Made by a program: the position numbers and the translations under genes. The notes under the pieces are model-generated. The model was not told the DNA's origin and searched no databases. It saw only the letters and a list, made by a program, of their open reading frames with translations. A stretch of 64,000 nt of DNA. Origin: Alphaproteobacteria bacterium (lineage in GTDB: Bacteria > Pseudomonadota > Alphaproteobacteria > MPNO01). Numbering within the stretch: position 1 is the stretch's first letter; every line of letters begins with the position of its first letter. Shown here piece by piece: positions 49,357-59,206 of the stretch. The stretch covers positions 1,472,001-1,536,000 of the forward strand of contig OZ219866.1 in the NCBI GenBank assembly GCA_964291675.2, given 5' to 3'.

Positions 49357-51051
49357 TCAAACCCTCCGTCTGTCGTACTGGCTCTTGCGGCCGGTGCCGT
49401 AGAGCTTGAGCGCGCCGTGCTCGCCGGCGGCGTTGGGCCGTTGGAAGATCCAGTTCTGCCACGCGCTCAGCCGCCCGAAGATCTTGGTCTCCAGGGTCTC
49501 GGGACCGGCGAAGCGGAGGCTCGCCTCCATGCCGGTCAGCGCATCGGGCGAGAAGCTCGCGCGCTCCTCGATGGCGATGCGGATCTCGTCCTCCCAGTCG
49601 ATGTCGTCGGGGATGAAGGTCACCAGCCCGAGCGCCTCGGCATCCCCGGCCTCCAGTGGCTCGCCGAGGCGCCGTTTCGCCTCGCCCACCCTCGCCGGCG
49701 CGGCGAGGAAGCGGCTCTCCATCCGCGTGAGTCCGCTCGACATCCGGTAGGGGCCGAAATTCATGCCGGTCAGCAGCACCGTCGCGGGCGGCTCGTTGCC
49801 GCCCTCGAAGACGCCGTCGAGCATGTAGGAACGATCGCTCGCGAGGACGAGCTCCATGAGCGTGCCGGCGAAGCAGGTGCCGGGCTCGATCAGCGCGATC
49901 AGGCTGCGCGAGCTCACGTCGATCCGCTTGAGCACGCGCTTGAGATAGAGCGTGGTCTCGCGCACCAGCCAGTCATCGGCATTGTCCAGCAAAGCCCTGT
50001 CGGCCGCGGCGACCGTCGCCGGGTCGCCCGCGGTCCTGAACACCCAGGTGCCGATCTCCTGCTCGTTGAGCCTGAGCTCCATAATCGCGTCGTCGAGCTC
50101 GCGGGCCAGCGCGAGCGGCCAGAACGCCGTGCCGGCGGCGTGGATTTCCGCTGCGGTCGCGGGCGGCGCGGCCGCGGGCGCGCGGATGACGATGGTGGCG
50201 GTCGACCCGGCCCGGTCGAGCTCCACCGTCACGTGGTCGTAGACGATGCGCGCCGCCTCGATGGTCCGCTCCAGCGGGGTGAGCGCGATTCCCTCCGCGT
50301 CTCTGGGACGGTCGGACCGGTCGGCGAATTCCGCGGCGCGTTCGGCCACGACCTCGTCGAAGCGGGCGCCGGGGACCAGCTCGTCGATCAGGTTCCAGTC
50401 GACCGCCCGCCTGCCGCGCATGCCTTCCGAGGTGGTGCAGAAGAAATCGGCGTGGTCGTGGCGCACCTTGCGCTTGTCGACCAGCCGGGTCAGCCCGCCG
50501 GTGCCCGGGAGCACGGCGAGTAGCGGCAGCTCCGGCAGCGAGACCGTGGACGAGCCGTCGTCGATCAGCATGATGTAGTCGCAGGCAAGCGCCAGCTCGT
50601 AGCCGCCGCCCGCCGCGGTGCCGTTGATCGCGCAGATGAAGGTCTGGCGCGAATTCTCGGTCGCGTCCTCGATCCCGTTGCGCGTCTCGTTGGTGAACTT
50701 GCAGAAATTGACCTTGTGGGCGTGCGAGGACTGGCCGAGCATGTTGATGTTGGCGCCGGCGCAGAACACCCTGGGCTTGTCGGAGGTGACGACGACGCAG
50801 CCCACCTCGGGGTGCTCGAAACGCAGGCGCTGGATCGCGTCGTAGAGCTCGATGTCGACGCCGAGGTCGTAGGAGTTGAGCTTGAGCGCATAGCCCGGCG
50901 CGAGGGTCGCGCTCTCGTCGACATCCATCGCCAGCCTGGCGACATTGCCCTCGATGCTCAGCCTCCAGTGCCGATAGGCGTCGGGCCGGGTCTGGATGCC
51001 GATCCGCCCGGTCCCTTCCGCCGTCCGGACATCGCCAGCGGTTTCAGCCAT
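49357..51051 (-). CDS. boxC: 2,3-epoxybenzoyl-CoA dihydrolase
   Basis: KLNSYDLGVDIEL, KVNFCKFTNETRN, RLSAWQNWIFQRPNA. Confidence 0.96.
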   Translation of the reverse strand: MAETAGDVRTAEGTGRIGIQTRPDAYRHWRLSIEGNVARLAMDVDESATLAPGYALKLNSYDLGVDIELYDAIQRLRFEHPEVGCVVVTSDKPRVFCAGANINMLGQSSHAHKVNFCKFTNETRNGIEDATENSRQTFICAINGTAAGGGYELALACDYIMLIDDGSSTVSLPELPLLAVLPGTGGLTRLVDKRKVRHDHADFFCTTSEGMRGRRAVDWNLIDELVPGARFDEVVAERAAEFADRSDRPRDAEGIALTPLERTIEAARIVYDHVTVELDRAGSTATIVIRAPAAAPPATAAEIHAAGTAFWPLALARELDDAIMELRLNEQEIGTWVFRTAGDPATVAAADRALLDNADDWLVRETTLYLKRVLKRIDVSSRSLIALIEPGTCFAGTLMELVLASDRSYMLDGVFEGGNEPPATVLLTGMNFGPYRMSSGLTRMESRFLAAPARVGEAKRRLGEPLEAGDAEALGLVTFIPDDIDWEDEIRIAIEERASFSPDALTGMEASLRFAGPETLETKIFGRLSAWQNWIFQRPNAAGEHGALKLYGTGRKSQYDRRRV

Positions 51052-51098
51052 TGCCCCCTCCGGATAGAAACGTCGCCGGTTCGCGCTTCCGCGACGAT

Positions 51099-51136
51099 TA
51101 TTTATCGATCAATTGTTTTCTTGTCAACAATTGATC
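51099..51136 (-). promoter_or_regulatory. boxC promoter with overlapping palindromic operator
   Basis: Minus-strand TTGACA (51127-51122)-17-TAAATA (51104-51099); inverted repeat GATCAATTGTT-N8-AACAATTGATC (51107-51136). Confidence 0.7.
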
Positions 51137-51322
51137 TAGCGACAATCTGCGCGCGGCGGAACCGCGCCCGCGAGCTTAGGGTCTTCGGTATCGAGGTGCC
51201 ACCCTCGGCCCGGCGAAAGCGATCCGGGAGAGTTGCCGAGCGGGTTGCCCGACAGCAAAATTCGACACCGAAAGCAGCAGGATATCAGCCGGTTATCTTG
51301 GAGGCTGCCGCGAGGGCGTGAG

Positions 51323-51892
51323 ATGTTCTGGAGGATGAAGCGCCGCTTGCGGCGCGCTATCGCCCGATCCTGGCGGCTGTCGAAGCTGTGGTACCGTCTC
51401 CACGGGCTGTCGCTCGCCGGCGCGCCGGACGAGAAGATCTGGTATTTCGCCTTCGGCGCCAACATGCATGACGGCGTGTTCCGCGACCGCCGCGGCATGC
51501 GTCCCGACGAATGGCGGGTGGGCCGGATCAAGGGCTACCGGCTGCGCTTCAACCTGGAAGGACGGCCGCGGGGCAGGGCCGCGCCGGCCAACATCGAGCC
51601 CAGCGCAGGCGACGAGGTCTGGGGGGTGGTCTATCGGATCACCAGGCGGGATCTGGTCCGGCTGAGCAGCACCGAAGGCGTGCCCGGAGGCTCTTACCGC
51701 CCGCTATGGCTGGCTGCCGAGGATGCCGATGCACGTCCCATCGAGGCGGTCGCCTATGTCGCCGCGGGAGGGGAAGCCGACGGGCGGCCGTCGCTCCGCT
51801 ACATCACCCTGCTGCGCGAGGGCGCGCGCGCCCACGGCCTGCCCGCCCACTGGATCGACAAGCTCGAACGCGTCCGCCCGGCCGACGCGTAG
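51323..51892 (+). CDS. Gamma-glutamylcyclotransferase family protein
   Basis: WYFAFGANM, GYRLRFN, EVWGVVY, PSLRY...GA...HGLP. Confidence 0.8.
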   Translation: MFWRMKRRLRRAIARSWRLSKLWYRLHGLSLAGAPDEKIWYFAFGANMHDGVFRDRRGMRPDEWRVGRIKGYRLRFNLEGRPRGRAAPANIEPSAGDEVWGVVYRITRRDLVRLSSTEGVPGGSYRPLWLAAEDADARPIEAVAYVAAGGEADGRPSLRYITLLREGARAHGLPAHWIDKLERVRPADA

Positions 51893-51932
51893 CGCCGCCG
51901 GGTACGCCCTTTACCGGAAGGAGTTGCGACCC

Positions 51933-52202
51933 CAGCCCGGAATTCCCGCCACTGTCATGGCCTGCGCGGCGCTGTCCGGCCGACAGGGCAGGAGAGGCGC
52001 GCGGCGCGATGCGGGGACATCGGGCAAGCGCCTCGACGCACCCTGTCGGCCGGACGGCGCCGCCCGAAGGGTCGCGCCCGGGCGCCCGCCCGCTGCGTCG
52101 CGGTCCTCGACCGTAGTTCCTGCTACGCCCTTCGGCCCGCTCCTGGCGGGACGAACGCCCGGGCGCGACGCAGGCCGTGACAGTGGCGGGAATTCCGGGC
52201 TA
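51933..52202. mobile_element. 270-bp MITE-like element, family B, copy 2
   Basis: AGCCCGGAATTCCCGCCACTGTCA / TGACAGTGGCGGGAATTCCGGGCT terminal inverted repeats. Confidence 0.85.
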
Positions 52203-52245
52203 GGCTGGCGCCGCGAAATCGCGTCAAGAGGTTCACCCCGGGACC

Positions 52246-53814
52246 ATGTCGCAACCGGCTCCACGTCCCGCGCCGGCTTCGGCGCGGCCGAGGGAACATG
52301 CGCTTCTCGCCTGGCTCGAGGAGGCCGCTTCGCGGCTTCCCGACAAGACCTTCGTGCACGCCATCGACCGGGGACAGGCGATCTCGTTTGCCCGGATGCA
52401 CGACATGGCGGGGCGGGTCGGCGCCGCGCTCCGGGCGCGCGGGATCGGCGCCAACGACCGGGTGGCGCTGCTGTCGGGCAATTCGCTCGAACACTTGATC
52501 GTCTATCTCGGCACGATGTGCCACGGCGCGACGATCTGCACGGTGCAGGTCGATATGAACCGGGCCCATCTGGACGAGATCCTGCGCGCCCTCGACCCCG
52601 CGCTGACCCTCCACGAGGACGCGCTCGGGCTCGACGCGCCGGCCGCGTCCGCGCCCGGCGAGTGGCAGGCGCTCGGGCGGTGGGATGGCGGGAACGGCTT
52701 TCTTGCCGAGCTCGCGCGGACGCCCGGCGTGCAAGAGACTCCGCTCAACGCCTATGGCGACGTGGCCTCGATCTTCTACACCTCCGGCACCGCCTCCAAG
52801 CCCAAGGGCGTGGTCTGCACCTTCGCCGAGCTGCTGGAGAATGTCGCGCCCACGGCGGACGCCTTTGGAATCGGGGAAGAGGACCGGGTGCTCGACTTTC
52901 GCTCCTATAACTGGATGTCGGCGCAGGTGCTGAGCTTCCTCGGCCCGCTGTTGCGCGGCGCCACGCTGTACATGGCGCGCAGGTTCTCGCAGAGCCGCTA
53001 TTTCGACTGGATCCGCGATTTCGACATCACCATCGCCGCCTGCAACCCGACCGCGATCAACATGCTGGTCAACCGGCCGATCGCCATCTCCGGCGCCGAC
53101 CTGCCGCATCTCCGCTACATCACCTCGAGCTCGGCCCCGCTGATGGTGGCCGACTGGAAGGCGTTCGAGGAGATGTACGGAATCCGCATCGCCCAGGGCT
53201 GCGGCACCAGCGAGACCGGCTGGATCGCCGGCTCCAACGAGCGCACCAGGCGGATGGGCTCGGTCGGCCGGCCGCACGCCTACCAGAACCTCGCCATCGT
53301 GGACGAGGCGGGGAATGCGCTGCCGGCGGGCGAGATCGGCGCCATCGAGATGGGCCGCCACCCGGACAACGAGTTCCGCTACCTCGCCGAGGACGGGAGC
53401 TACCGGGTCAATTCGCGGGGCCGCGCGCGGACCGGCGATCTCGGCTATCTCGACGCCGACGGCTATCTCTACATCACCGGGCGGGCCAGGGACCTGATCA
53501 TCCGGGGCGGCATCAACATCGCGCCGACCGAGATCGACAACCTGGTGCTGCAGATGCAGGGGGTCGCGGAGGCGGCGACCGTTGGCGTCCCCGATCCGAT
53601 CTACGGCGAGGAGGTCGTGGTCTATGTGGTGCCGAAGCCCGGCGCGAGTCTCGACGAGGCGGCGGTGCTCGCCCATTGCGAGGCGGCGCTGCCGCTCGCC
53701 AAGCGGCCGAAGCGGGCGATCTTCCGCGACGCGCTCCCCAAGTCGGAGCGTGGCAAGATGGACCGCCAGGCGCTGGTCGCCCAGTGGCGCGAGTCACATC
53801 GGGCGCAGGCGTGA
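52246..53814 (+). CDS. Acyl-CoA synthetase / AMP-binding enzyme
   Basis: YTSGTASKPKG, GTSET, RTGDLG, GRARDLI, LPKSERGK. Confidence 0.9.
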   Translation: MSQPAPRPAPASARPREHALLAWLEEAASRLPDKTFVHAIDRGQAISFARMHDMAGRVGAALRARGIGANDRVALLSGNSLEHLIVYLGTMCHGATICTVQVDMNRAHLDEILRALDPALTLHEDALGLDAPAASAPGEWQALGRWDGGNGFLAELARTPGVQETPLNAYGDVASIFYTSGTASKPKGVVCTFAELLENVAPTADAFGIGEEDRVLDFRSYNWMSAQVLSFLGPLLRGATLYMARRFSQSRYFDWIRDFDITIAACNPTAINMLVNRPIAISGADLPHLRYITSSSAPLMVADWKAFEEMYGIRIAQGCGTSETGWIAGSNERTRRMGSVGRPHAYQNLAIVDEAGNALPAGEIGAIEMGRHPDNEFRYLAEDGSYRVNSRGRARTGDLGYLDADGYLYITGRARDLIIRGGINIAPTEIDNLVLQMQGVAEAATVGVPDPIYGEEVVVYVVPKPGASLDEAAVLAHCEAALPLAKRPKRAIFRDALPKSERGKMDRQALVAQWRESHRAQA

Positions 53815-53825
53815 GGAGAGATCCC

Positions 53826-54263
53826 ATGGAGCGAAGCCGGACCGCCGGGCGGGGCAAGCCCCGCCCGCCCCAGACCTTCCGCTACGAGAAGCCGGCGGCG
53901 CAGTCGGGCGCCAAGGCGATCGTCTCGCTGTGCCAGACCGACATCATCCGCGGCGCCGTGCAGGTGGTGCGCGAGGGCGGCGACAACAACCTCCATTCGC
54001 ACACCGGGATGGACGGGTTCTGGATGGTGCTCAGGGGACGCGTGCGCTGGCACGGCCCGGACGGCGTGATCGGCGAGTTCGGCGTCCATGAGGGCATCGT
54101 CATGCCGCGCAACGCGCAATACTGGTTCGAGTCGGTCGGCGCCGACACCTTGGAACTGCTCCAGGTCGTCGCCTTCGACCGCGGCGTCCGCAACGAGCGC
54201 GTCGATGTCGAGCCGCGCAAGCTCGATGTCGACGCCACCGAGAGGTTCGACGGTCGGACCTAG
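53826..54263 (+). CDS. Cupin domain protein
   Basis: NNLHSHTGMDGFWMVLRG...MPRNAQYWF. Confidence 0.75.
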   Translation: MERSRTAGRGKPRPPQTFRYEKPAAQSGAKAIVSLCQTDIIRGAVQVVREGGDNNLHSHTGMDGFWMVLRGRVRWHGPDGVIGEFGVHEGIVMPRNAQYWFESVGADTLELLQVVAFDRGVRNERVDVEPRKLDVDATERFDGRT

Positions 54264-54295
54264 CTTTCCCACCGCCCCACAGTCAGGACACGCAC

Positions 54296-55900
54296 ATGGC
54301 CAAGCGCCCCAACTTCCTTCTCGTCATCACCGACCAGCAGCGGGCGGACTACCTCGCCTGCGCCGGCCATCCGGTGCTGAGCACGCCCAACATCGATTCG
54401 ATCGCCGGGGGCGGGCGGCGCTTCGACCGGTTCTACGTCGCCACCCCGGTCTGCATGCCCAACCGCGCGACCCTGATGACCGGGCGCATGCCCTCGCTGC
54501 ACGGGGTGCGCTCGAACGGCACCGCGCTCACGCTGCGCGCCAACACCTTCGTCGATCTGATGCGCACCCACGGCTACCGGACGGCGCTGCTGGGCAAGAG
54601 CCATTTGCAGAACATGACCGGCATGCCGGCGATCCTCGAACGCGCCGACCCGCCGGAGGGCCATCTGGCGCCGCCCGAGGGGTTCGCGGAGGCGATGCGC
54701 CGCAGCGGCGAGGACGGGCCCGTCGATGCCGAGTCGCCGCAGGGCTGGCGCGACGATCCGGACTGGGACCTGCACTACCCGTTCTACGGCTTCGAGCGCG
54801 TCGACCTCTGCACCGAGCATGGCGACAAGGTGGGCGGGCATTACTGGCAGTGGCTGAAGCAGCGCCACGCCGACCCGGCAAGCCTGCGCGGGCCGAAGAA
54901 CGCGCTGCCGCACGACTACGCCATGCCGCAGGCCTGGCGCACCGCGGTGCCGGAGGAGCTCTACCCGACGACCTACGTTGCCGAATGCACGGTCGATTTC
55001 CTCGAATCCCACGCGCAGAACGGTGGCGATGCGCCGTTCTTCGCCATGGCCTCCTTCCCCGACCCGCACCACCCCTTCACCCCGCCCGGCAAGTACTGGG
55101 GGATGTACGACCCCGACGACATGACCCTCGATGCCTCGTTCGCCGCCAACCGCGAGCCGCCGCCGCATGTCCGCTGGGCGCGCGAGAAGCGCGAGGCGGG
55201 CGAGGCGGTGACCGACAGCCAGTCGCTGTTCGCGGTCTCCGAGCGCGAGGCCAGGGAGGCCTGCGCGCTCACCTGCGGGATGATCGCGATGATCGACGAC
55301 GCGGTGGGCGAGATCCTGGCGGCGCTGGACCGCCTCGGCCTCGCCGACGACACGGTGGTGATCTTCACCGCCGACCACGGCGACTATCTCGGCGATCACC
55401 GGATCATGCTCAAGGGGCCGGTCCACTACCAGAGCCTGATCCGGGTGCCGTTCCTGTGGAAGGACACCGCCGACCGCGCCGCGCCGGCCGGCACCTCGGC
55501 GACGCTTTCGGGCACGCTCGACATCGCCCGCACCGTGCTCGATCGCGCCCGCATCGCCCCCTATAACGGCATCCAGGGCAGGTCGCTGATGCCGCTGGTC
55601 GACGGCGCGCCGGACGACCGGGACGCCGACGTGGTGATCGAGGACGACCAGCAGCGCACCATCCTCGGCTTCGACTCCCCGCCCCGCGTGCGCACGCTGG
55701 TGACGCGGCGCTGGCGCATGACGCTCTATGACGGGGTCGGCTGGGGCGAGCTCTACGACCTCGAGAACGACCCCTCCGAGCTGGTCAATCTGTGGGACGA
55801 CCCGGCGGCGAGCGCGGGCCGGGCCGAATGCATGGAACGCCTCGCGCGGCGCCAGATGGACCTGGTCGACCGCAGCCCGCTGCCGACGAACAGGGCGTAG
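54296..55900 (+). CDS. Sulfatase (formylglycine-dependent, Cys-type)
   Basis: RPNFLLVITDQ, CMPNRATLMTG (CxPxR), GKSH, DPHHP, ADHG. Confidence 0.92.
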   Translation: MAKRPNFLLVITDQQRADYLACAGHPVLSTPNIDSIAGGGRRFDRFYVATPVCMPNRATLMTGRMPSLHGVRSNGTALTLRANTFVDLMRTHGYRTALLGKSHLQNMTGMPAILERADPPEGHLAPPEGFAEAMRRSGEDGPVDAESPQGWRDDPDWDLHYPFYGFERVDLCTEHGDKVGGHYWQWLKQRHADPASLRGPKNALPHDYAMPQAWRTAVPEELYPTTYVAECTVDFLESHAQNGGDAPFFAMASFPDPHHPFTPPGKYWGMYDPDDMTLDASFAANREPPPHVRWAREKREAGEAVTDSQSLFAVSEREAREACALTCGMIAMIDDAVGEILAALDRLGLADDTVVIFTADHGDYLGDHRIMLKGPVHYQSLIRVPFLWKDTADRAAPAGTSATLSGTLDIARTVLDRARIAPYNGIQGRSLMPLVDGAPDDRDADVVIEDDQQRTILGFDSPPRVRTLVTRRWRMTLYDGVGWGELYDLENDPSELVNLWDDPAASAGRAECMERLARRQMDLVDRSPLPTNRA

Positions 55901-56012
55901 CGGACGAAATCCGGCGGCGGAGCCGGCGGCCCGCTCTCGTCAGCCTGGCGGAGTTCGGGGCCGGGCCAAAGCCTTCCTGAAGACCGACCCGGAACCGGAG
56001 GAGAGAGCTGCG

Positions 56013-58340
56013 ATGACCATGGTGCGGATCGGCGATGCCGTCAGGCGGGGCGAGGATTTCCGGCTGCTCAGGGGGCGGGGGCGCTATCTCGACGACGTCG
56101 CGGCGCCCGGCCAGGCCCGCGCCTTCGTCCTGCGCTCGCCGCACGCGCATGCCGACATCCGCTCCATCGACAGCGGCGCGGCGCGCGCGGCGCCCGGCGT
56201 GCTCGCCATCCTGACCGGGGACGATCTCGCGGAGCGCGGGCTCGGCACGGTTCGGGCGGTGCTGCCGACAAGGCGCGCCGACGGCTCGCCGGGCTTCAAG
56301 ACGCCGCAGCCGCTGCTCGCCCAGGGGCGCGCCCGCATGGCCGGCCAGGCGGTCGCCTTCATCGTCGCCGAGACCGTGGATGCGGCCAAGGACGCCGCCG
56401 AGCTGATCGACGTCGACTACGCGCCGCTGCCCGCGCTGGCGACGGCGGACGATGCGCTCGCCCCCGGCGCCCCGGCGGTCTGGGACGACAACCCCGGCAA
56501 CGAGGCCTTTACCCACGAGGTCGGCGATGCGGCGGCGACAGCGGACGGGTTCGCGAAGGCGGCTCACGTCGTGCGCCACCGGGTCTGCGTCAACCGGGTG
56601 ACCGGGAACCCGATGGAGCCGCGCGGCTGCCTCGCCCAATATGACGCGTACGAGGAGCGCTACACCATCCGCGCCACCATCCAGTCGGCGCACGGCATCC
56701 GCGCCATCCTGGCGGAGCAGATATTCGGGCTGCCGCAGGGAAGGTTCCGCGTGGTCTGCGACAACATGGGCGGCGGCTTCGGGACCCGCGGCGGCTGCCT
56801 GCCGGAATACGCGCTCGCGCTCTGGGCGTCGGAGGTCGTCGGCCGGCCGGTGAAATGGGTGGCCGAGCGCTCCGAATGCCTGCTGACCGACGAGCAGGCG
56901 CGCGGCGGCTTCGTCGACGCCGAGCTCGCGCTCGATTCCGAATATCGGTTCCTCGCGCTGCGCACCCACACCAGGGTGCCGATCGGCGCCTACTACACGT
57001 CGGACCGCAATTTCGGCTCCACGGTCACCGGGCTCGGCGGGCTCGCCGGGGTGTACCGCACGCCGGCGATCCACGCCAGGGTGACCGGCGCCTTCACCAA
57101 CACCATGACCAACGCCCAGTATCGCGGCGGCGCCAAGCCCGAGCCCTGCCACGTCATCGAGGTGATGGTCGACGTCGCCGCGCGCGAGCTCGGCGTCGAC
57201 CCGGCCGAGCTGCGGTCGATCAACACGCTCTCGCCGGACGAGCTGCCGCACCGGACGTGCCTCGGCGCGGTCTACGATTGCGGCGAGTTTCCCGCCAACC
57301 AGGCGCGCGCGCTGGAGACCGGAGGCTACGGGGATTTCGCGACCCGACGGGCGGAAGCGCTGGAGAAGGGCAAGCTGCTCGGCATCGGCATGTCGCAGAC
57401 CATCTCCGGCGTCGCCATGACCAACTACGAGCATGCCGAGATCCGCTTCGACTCGGGCGGCGGCATCACGCTGCTCACCGGCGCGATGGATCACGGCCAG
57501 GGCCACGGCACCACCTTCCGCCAGATCCTGGCCGACCGGCTGGGCATCGACATGGACGATATCCGCTACCGCTACGGCGATACCGACGCGGTCACCGCCG
57601 GGGTCGGCACCTTCAACGCCCGCTGCGCCGCGCTCGCCGGCTCCGCGGTCGTCGAGGCGGCGGACAAGATCGTCGACAAGGGCAGGCGCATCGCCGCCCA
57701 TATGCTGGAGGCCGCGGAGGCCGACATCGAGCTTTCCGCCGGAAGGTTCGGCATCGCCGGCACCGACCGGTCGGTCGGCCTCGCCGAAATCGCGCGAACC
57801 GCGTTCCAGAAACCCAGACTGCCCCCCGACATCGAGCCCGGGCTCTACGAGCGGGGCGATTTCGGCAGCGACGACGGGCCGGTCTATCCCAACGGGTTCC
57901 ATCTCGCCGAGGTCGAGATCGACCGCGAGACCGGGCGGGTCCGGCTGGTGCGCTACAGCTGCGTCGACGATGCCGGCACCGTGCTCAACCCGATCCTGTT
58001 CGACGCCCAGGTGCATGGCGGAATCGTCCAGGGCGCCGGTCAGATCCTGATGGAGGACGTGGCCTACGACCGCGACGGCCAGCTTCTGTCGGGCTCCTTC
58101 ATGGACTACGCGATGCCGAGGGCGGACGATTTCTGCCATTTCGAGCTCGCCGCCAACGAGGTGCCGACCGCGCGCAACCCGCTCGGCGTCAAGGGGGTTG
58201 GCGAGGCCGGAACCGTCGGCGCGATGCCGTCGATCATGAACGCCGTCAACGACGCGCTGCACCGCATCGGCGCGCCGCCGGTCGAAATGCCGGCGACGGC
58301 GGAGAAGGTCTGGCGGGCGATGCGCCGGGCGGGCGGCTAG
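56013..58340 (+). CDS. Xanthine dehydrogenase/CoxL-family Mo large subunit
   Basis: RGEDFRLLRGRGRY, MGGGFG, QYRGGAKPE, HGQGHGT, GVKGVGEAG. Confidence 0.9.
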   Translation: MTMVRIGDAVRRGEDFRLLRGRGRYLDDVAAPGQARAFVLRSPHAHADIRSIDSGAARAAPGVLAILTGDDLAERGLGTVRAVLPTRRADGSPGFKTPQPLLAQGRARMAGQAVAFIVAETVDAAKDAAELIDVDYAPLPALATADDALAPGAPAVWDDNPGNEAFTHEVGDAAATADGFAKAAHVVRHRVCVNRVTGNPMEPRGCLAQYDAYEERYTIRATIQSAHGIRAILAEQIFGLPQGRFRVVCDNMGGGFGTRGGCLPEYALALWASEVVGRPVKWVAERSECLLTDEQARGGFVDAELALDSEYRFLALRTHTRVPIGAYYTSDRNFGSTVTGLGGLAGVYRTPAIHARVTGAFTNTMTNAQYRGGAKPEPCHVIEVMVDVAARELGVDPAELRSINTLSPDELPHRTCLGAVYDCGEFPANQARALETGGYGDFATRRAEALEKGKLLGIGMSQTISGVAMTNYEHAEIRFDSGGGITLLTGAMDHGQGHGTTFRQILADRLGIDMDDIRYRYGDTDAVTAGVGTFNARCAALAGSAVVEAADKIVDKGRRIAAHMLEAAEADIELSAGRFGIAGTDRSVGLAEIARTAFQKPRLPPDIEPGLYERGDFGSDDGPVYPNGFHLAEVEIDRETGRVRLVRYSCVDDAGTVLNPILFDAQVHGGIVQGAGQILMEDVAYDRDGQLLSGSFMDYAMPRADDFCHFELAANEVPTARNPLGVKGVGEAGTVGAMPSIMNAVNDALHRIGAPPVEMPATAEKVWRAMRRAGG
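58225..58338 (+). repeat. 114-bp direct repeat, copy 1 (3' end of the Mo-enzyme gene)
   Basis: Identical to 59207-59320 except A58233/G59215. Confidence 0.95.
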
Positions 58341-58432
58341 GGCGTATCGGAGGACGCCCTCGAACGCCAATGCAGAAGGGGAATGGTGGCTCAATAAGGT
58401 CGAAAATACTTGCTTCGATATAGTCCGTACAA

Positions 58433-58487
58433 AAGCGAACCCCGGGCGCATGCGAGACGCAGAGGCGGACCCGGGGGGTTACAGCTT
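58433..58487 (+). ncRNA. Structured leader / candidate antitoxin RNA upstream of the Abi gene
   Basis: AAGC-GAACCCCGGG...TGCG-AGA-CGCA...CCCGGGGGGTT-ACA-GCTT stem-loop, preceded by TATAGT (58419-58424). Confidence 0.45.
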
Positions 58488-58504
58488 GAACAGTGGTTTG
58501 CTAG

Positions 58505-59170
58505 ATGACGGAAGTCAACACCTTTCGTGCGCTCGAAAACGCTTTTTCTCGCGAACGGATGCAAACCTACCTTGACGCCGCTCACGGGGATCGAGCGGTA
58601 GCCCTTCAGCACTATACCCGAAACGCACAACTCGGGGCCGCGTTCCACGGACCGTTGCAAGCACTCGAGGTCGCTTTGCGAAACGCCATGCATGCTCGGC
58701 TTGCCGCGCGTTACGGCAGCCAGTGGTACATGAACCCTGCTCCTGGCCTCGACAGCCACGCCCGTGGCGCCATAGACGCCGTTTTGGCGCATGGCATGGG
58801 TGCGCCAACCCCGGGGCAGTTCGTAGCGTCGATGTCGCTGGGCTTCTGGGTAAGGCTTGTCGGCCGTGGCGGCCGCATCAACGGCGGTCGCAAAGCTGAC
58901 TACGAGAGGACACTCTGGCGTCCGGCACTGTTCAAGGCCTTTCCGGGCCGTCCTCGGAGGACAGTACAGCAGAGACTGAATCGCCTGCGACAGCTTCGAA
59001 ACCGGATCGCGCATCACGAACCGATATTCGATCGGGATCTGTGGGAGGACTACCGGAGCCTCCTGGAGGCCGTGGGCTGGATCTCGGCAGATGTCCGAAC
59101 ATGGATTGAGGCCCACAGCATTTTGCCGGGCGCGCTCCAAGCGCCGCGCTCCGCGCCGATCCGTTTCTAG
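58505..59170 (+). CDS. Abi-like (Abi_2/AbiF-type) HEPN ribonuclease
   Basis: SRERMQTY, LEVALRN, SLGFW, LRNRIAHHEP (RxxxxH); lower GC. Confidence 0.85.
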   Translation: MTEVNTFRALENAFSRERMQTYLDAAHGDRAVALQHYTRNAQLGAAFHGPLQALEVALRNAMHARLAARYGSQWYMNPAPGLDSHARGAIDAVLAHGMGAPTPGQFVASMSLGFWVRLVGRGGRINGGRKADYERTLWRPALFKAFPGRPRRTVQQRLNRLRQLRNRIAHHEPIFDRDLWEDYRSLLEAVGWISADVRTWIEAHSILPGALQAPRSAPIRF

Positions 59171-59206
59171 CCCGGCTTCGCATCGCCAAGTCATGACGCC
59201 GCGCCT

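Noticed and set aside
51911-52264. ORFs running through the family-B elements
   Set aside because: No transposase or other motif; chance open frames in GC-rich palindromic DNA.
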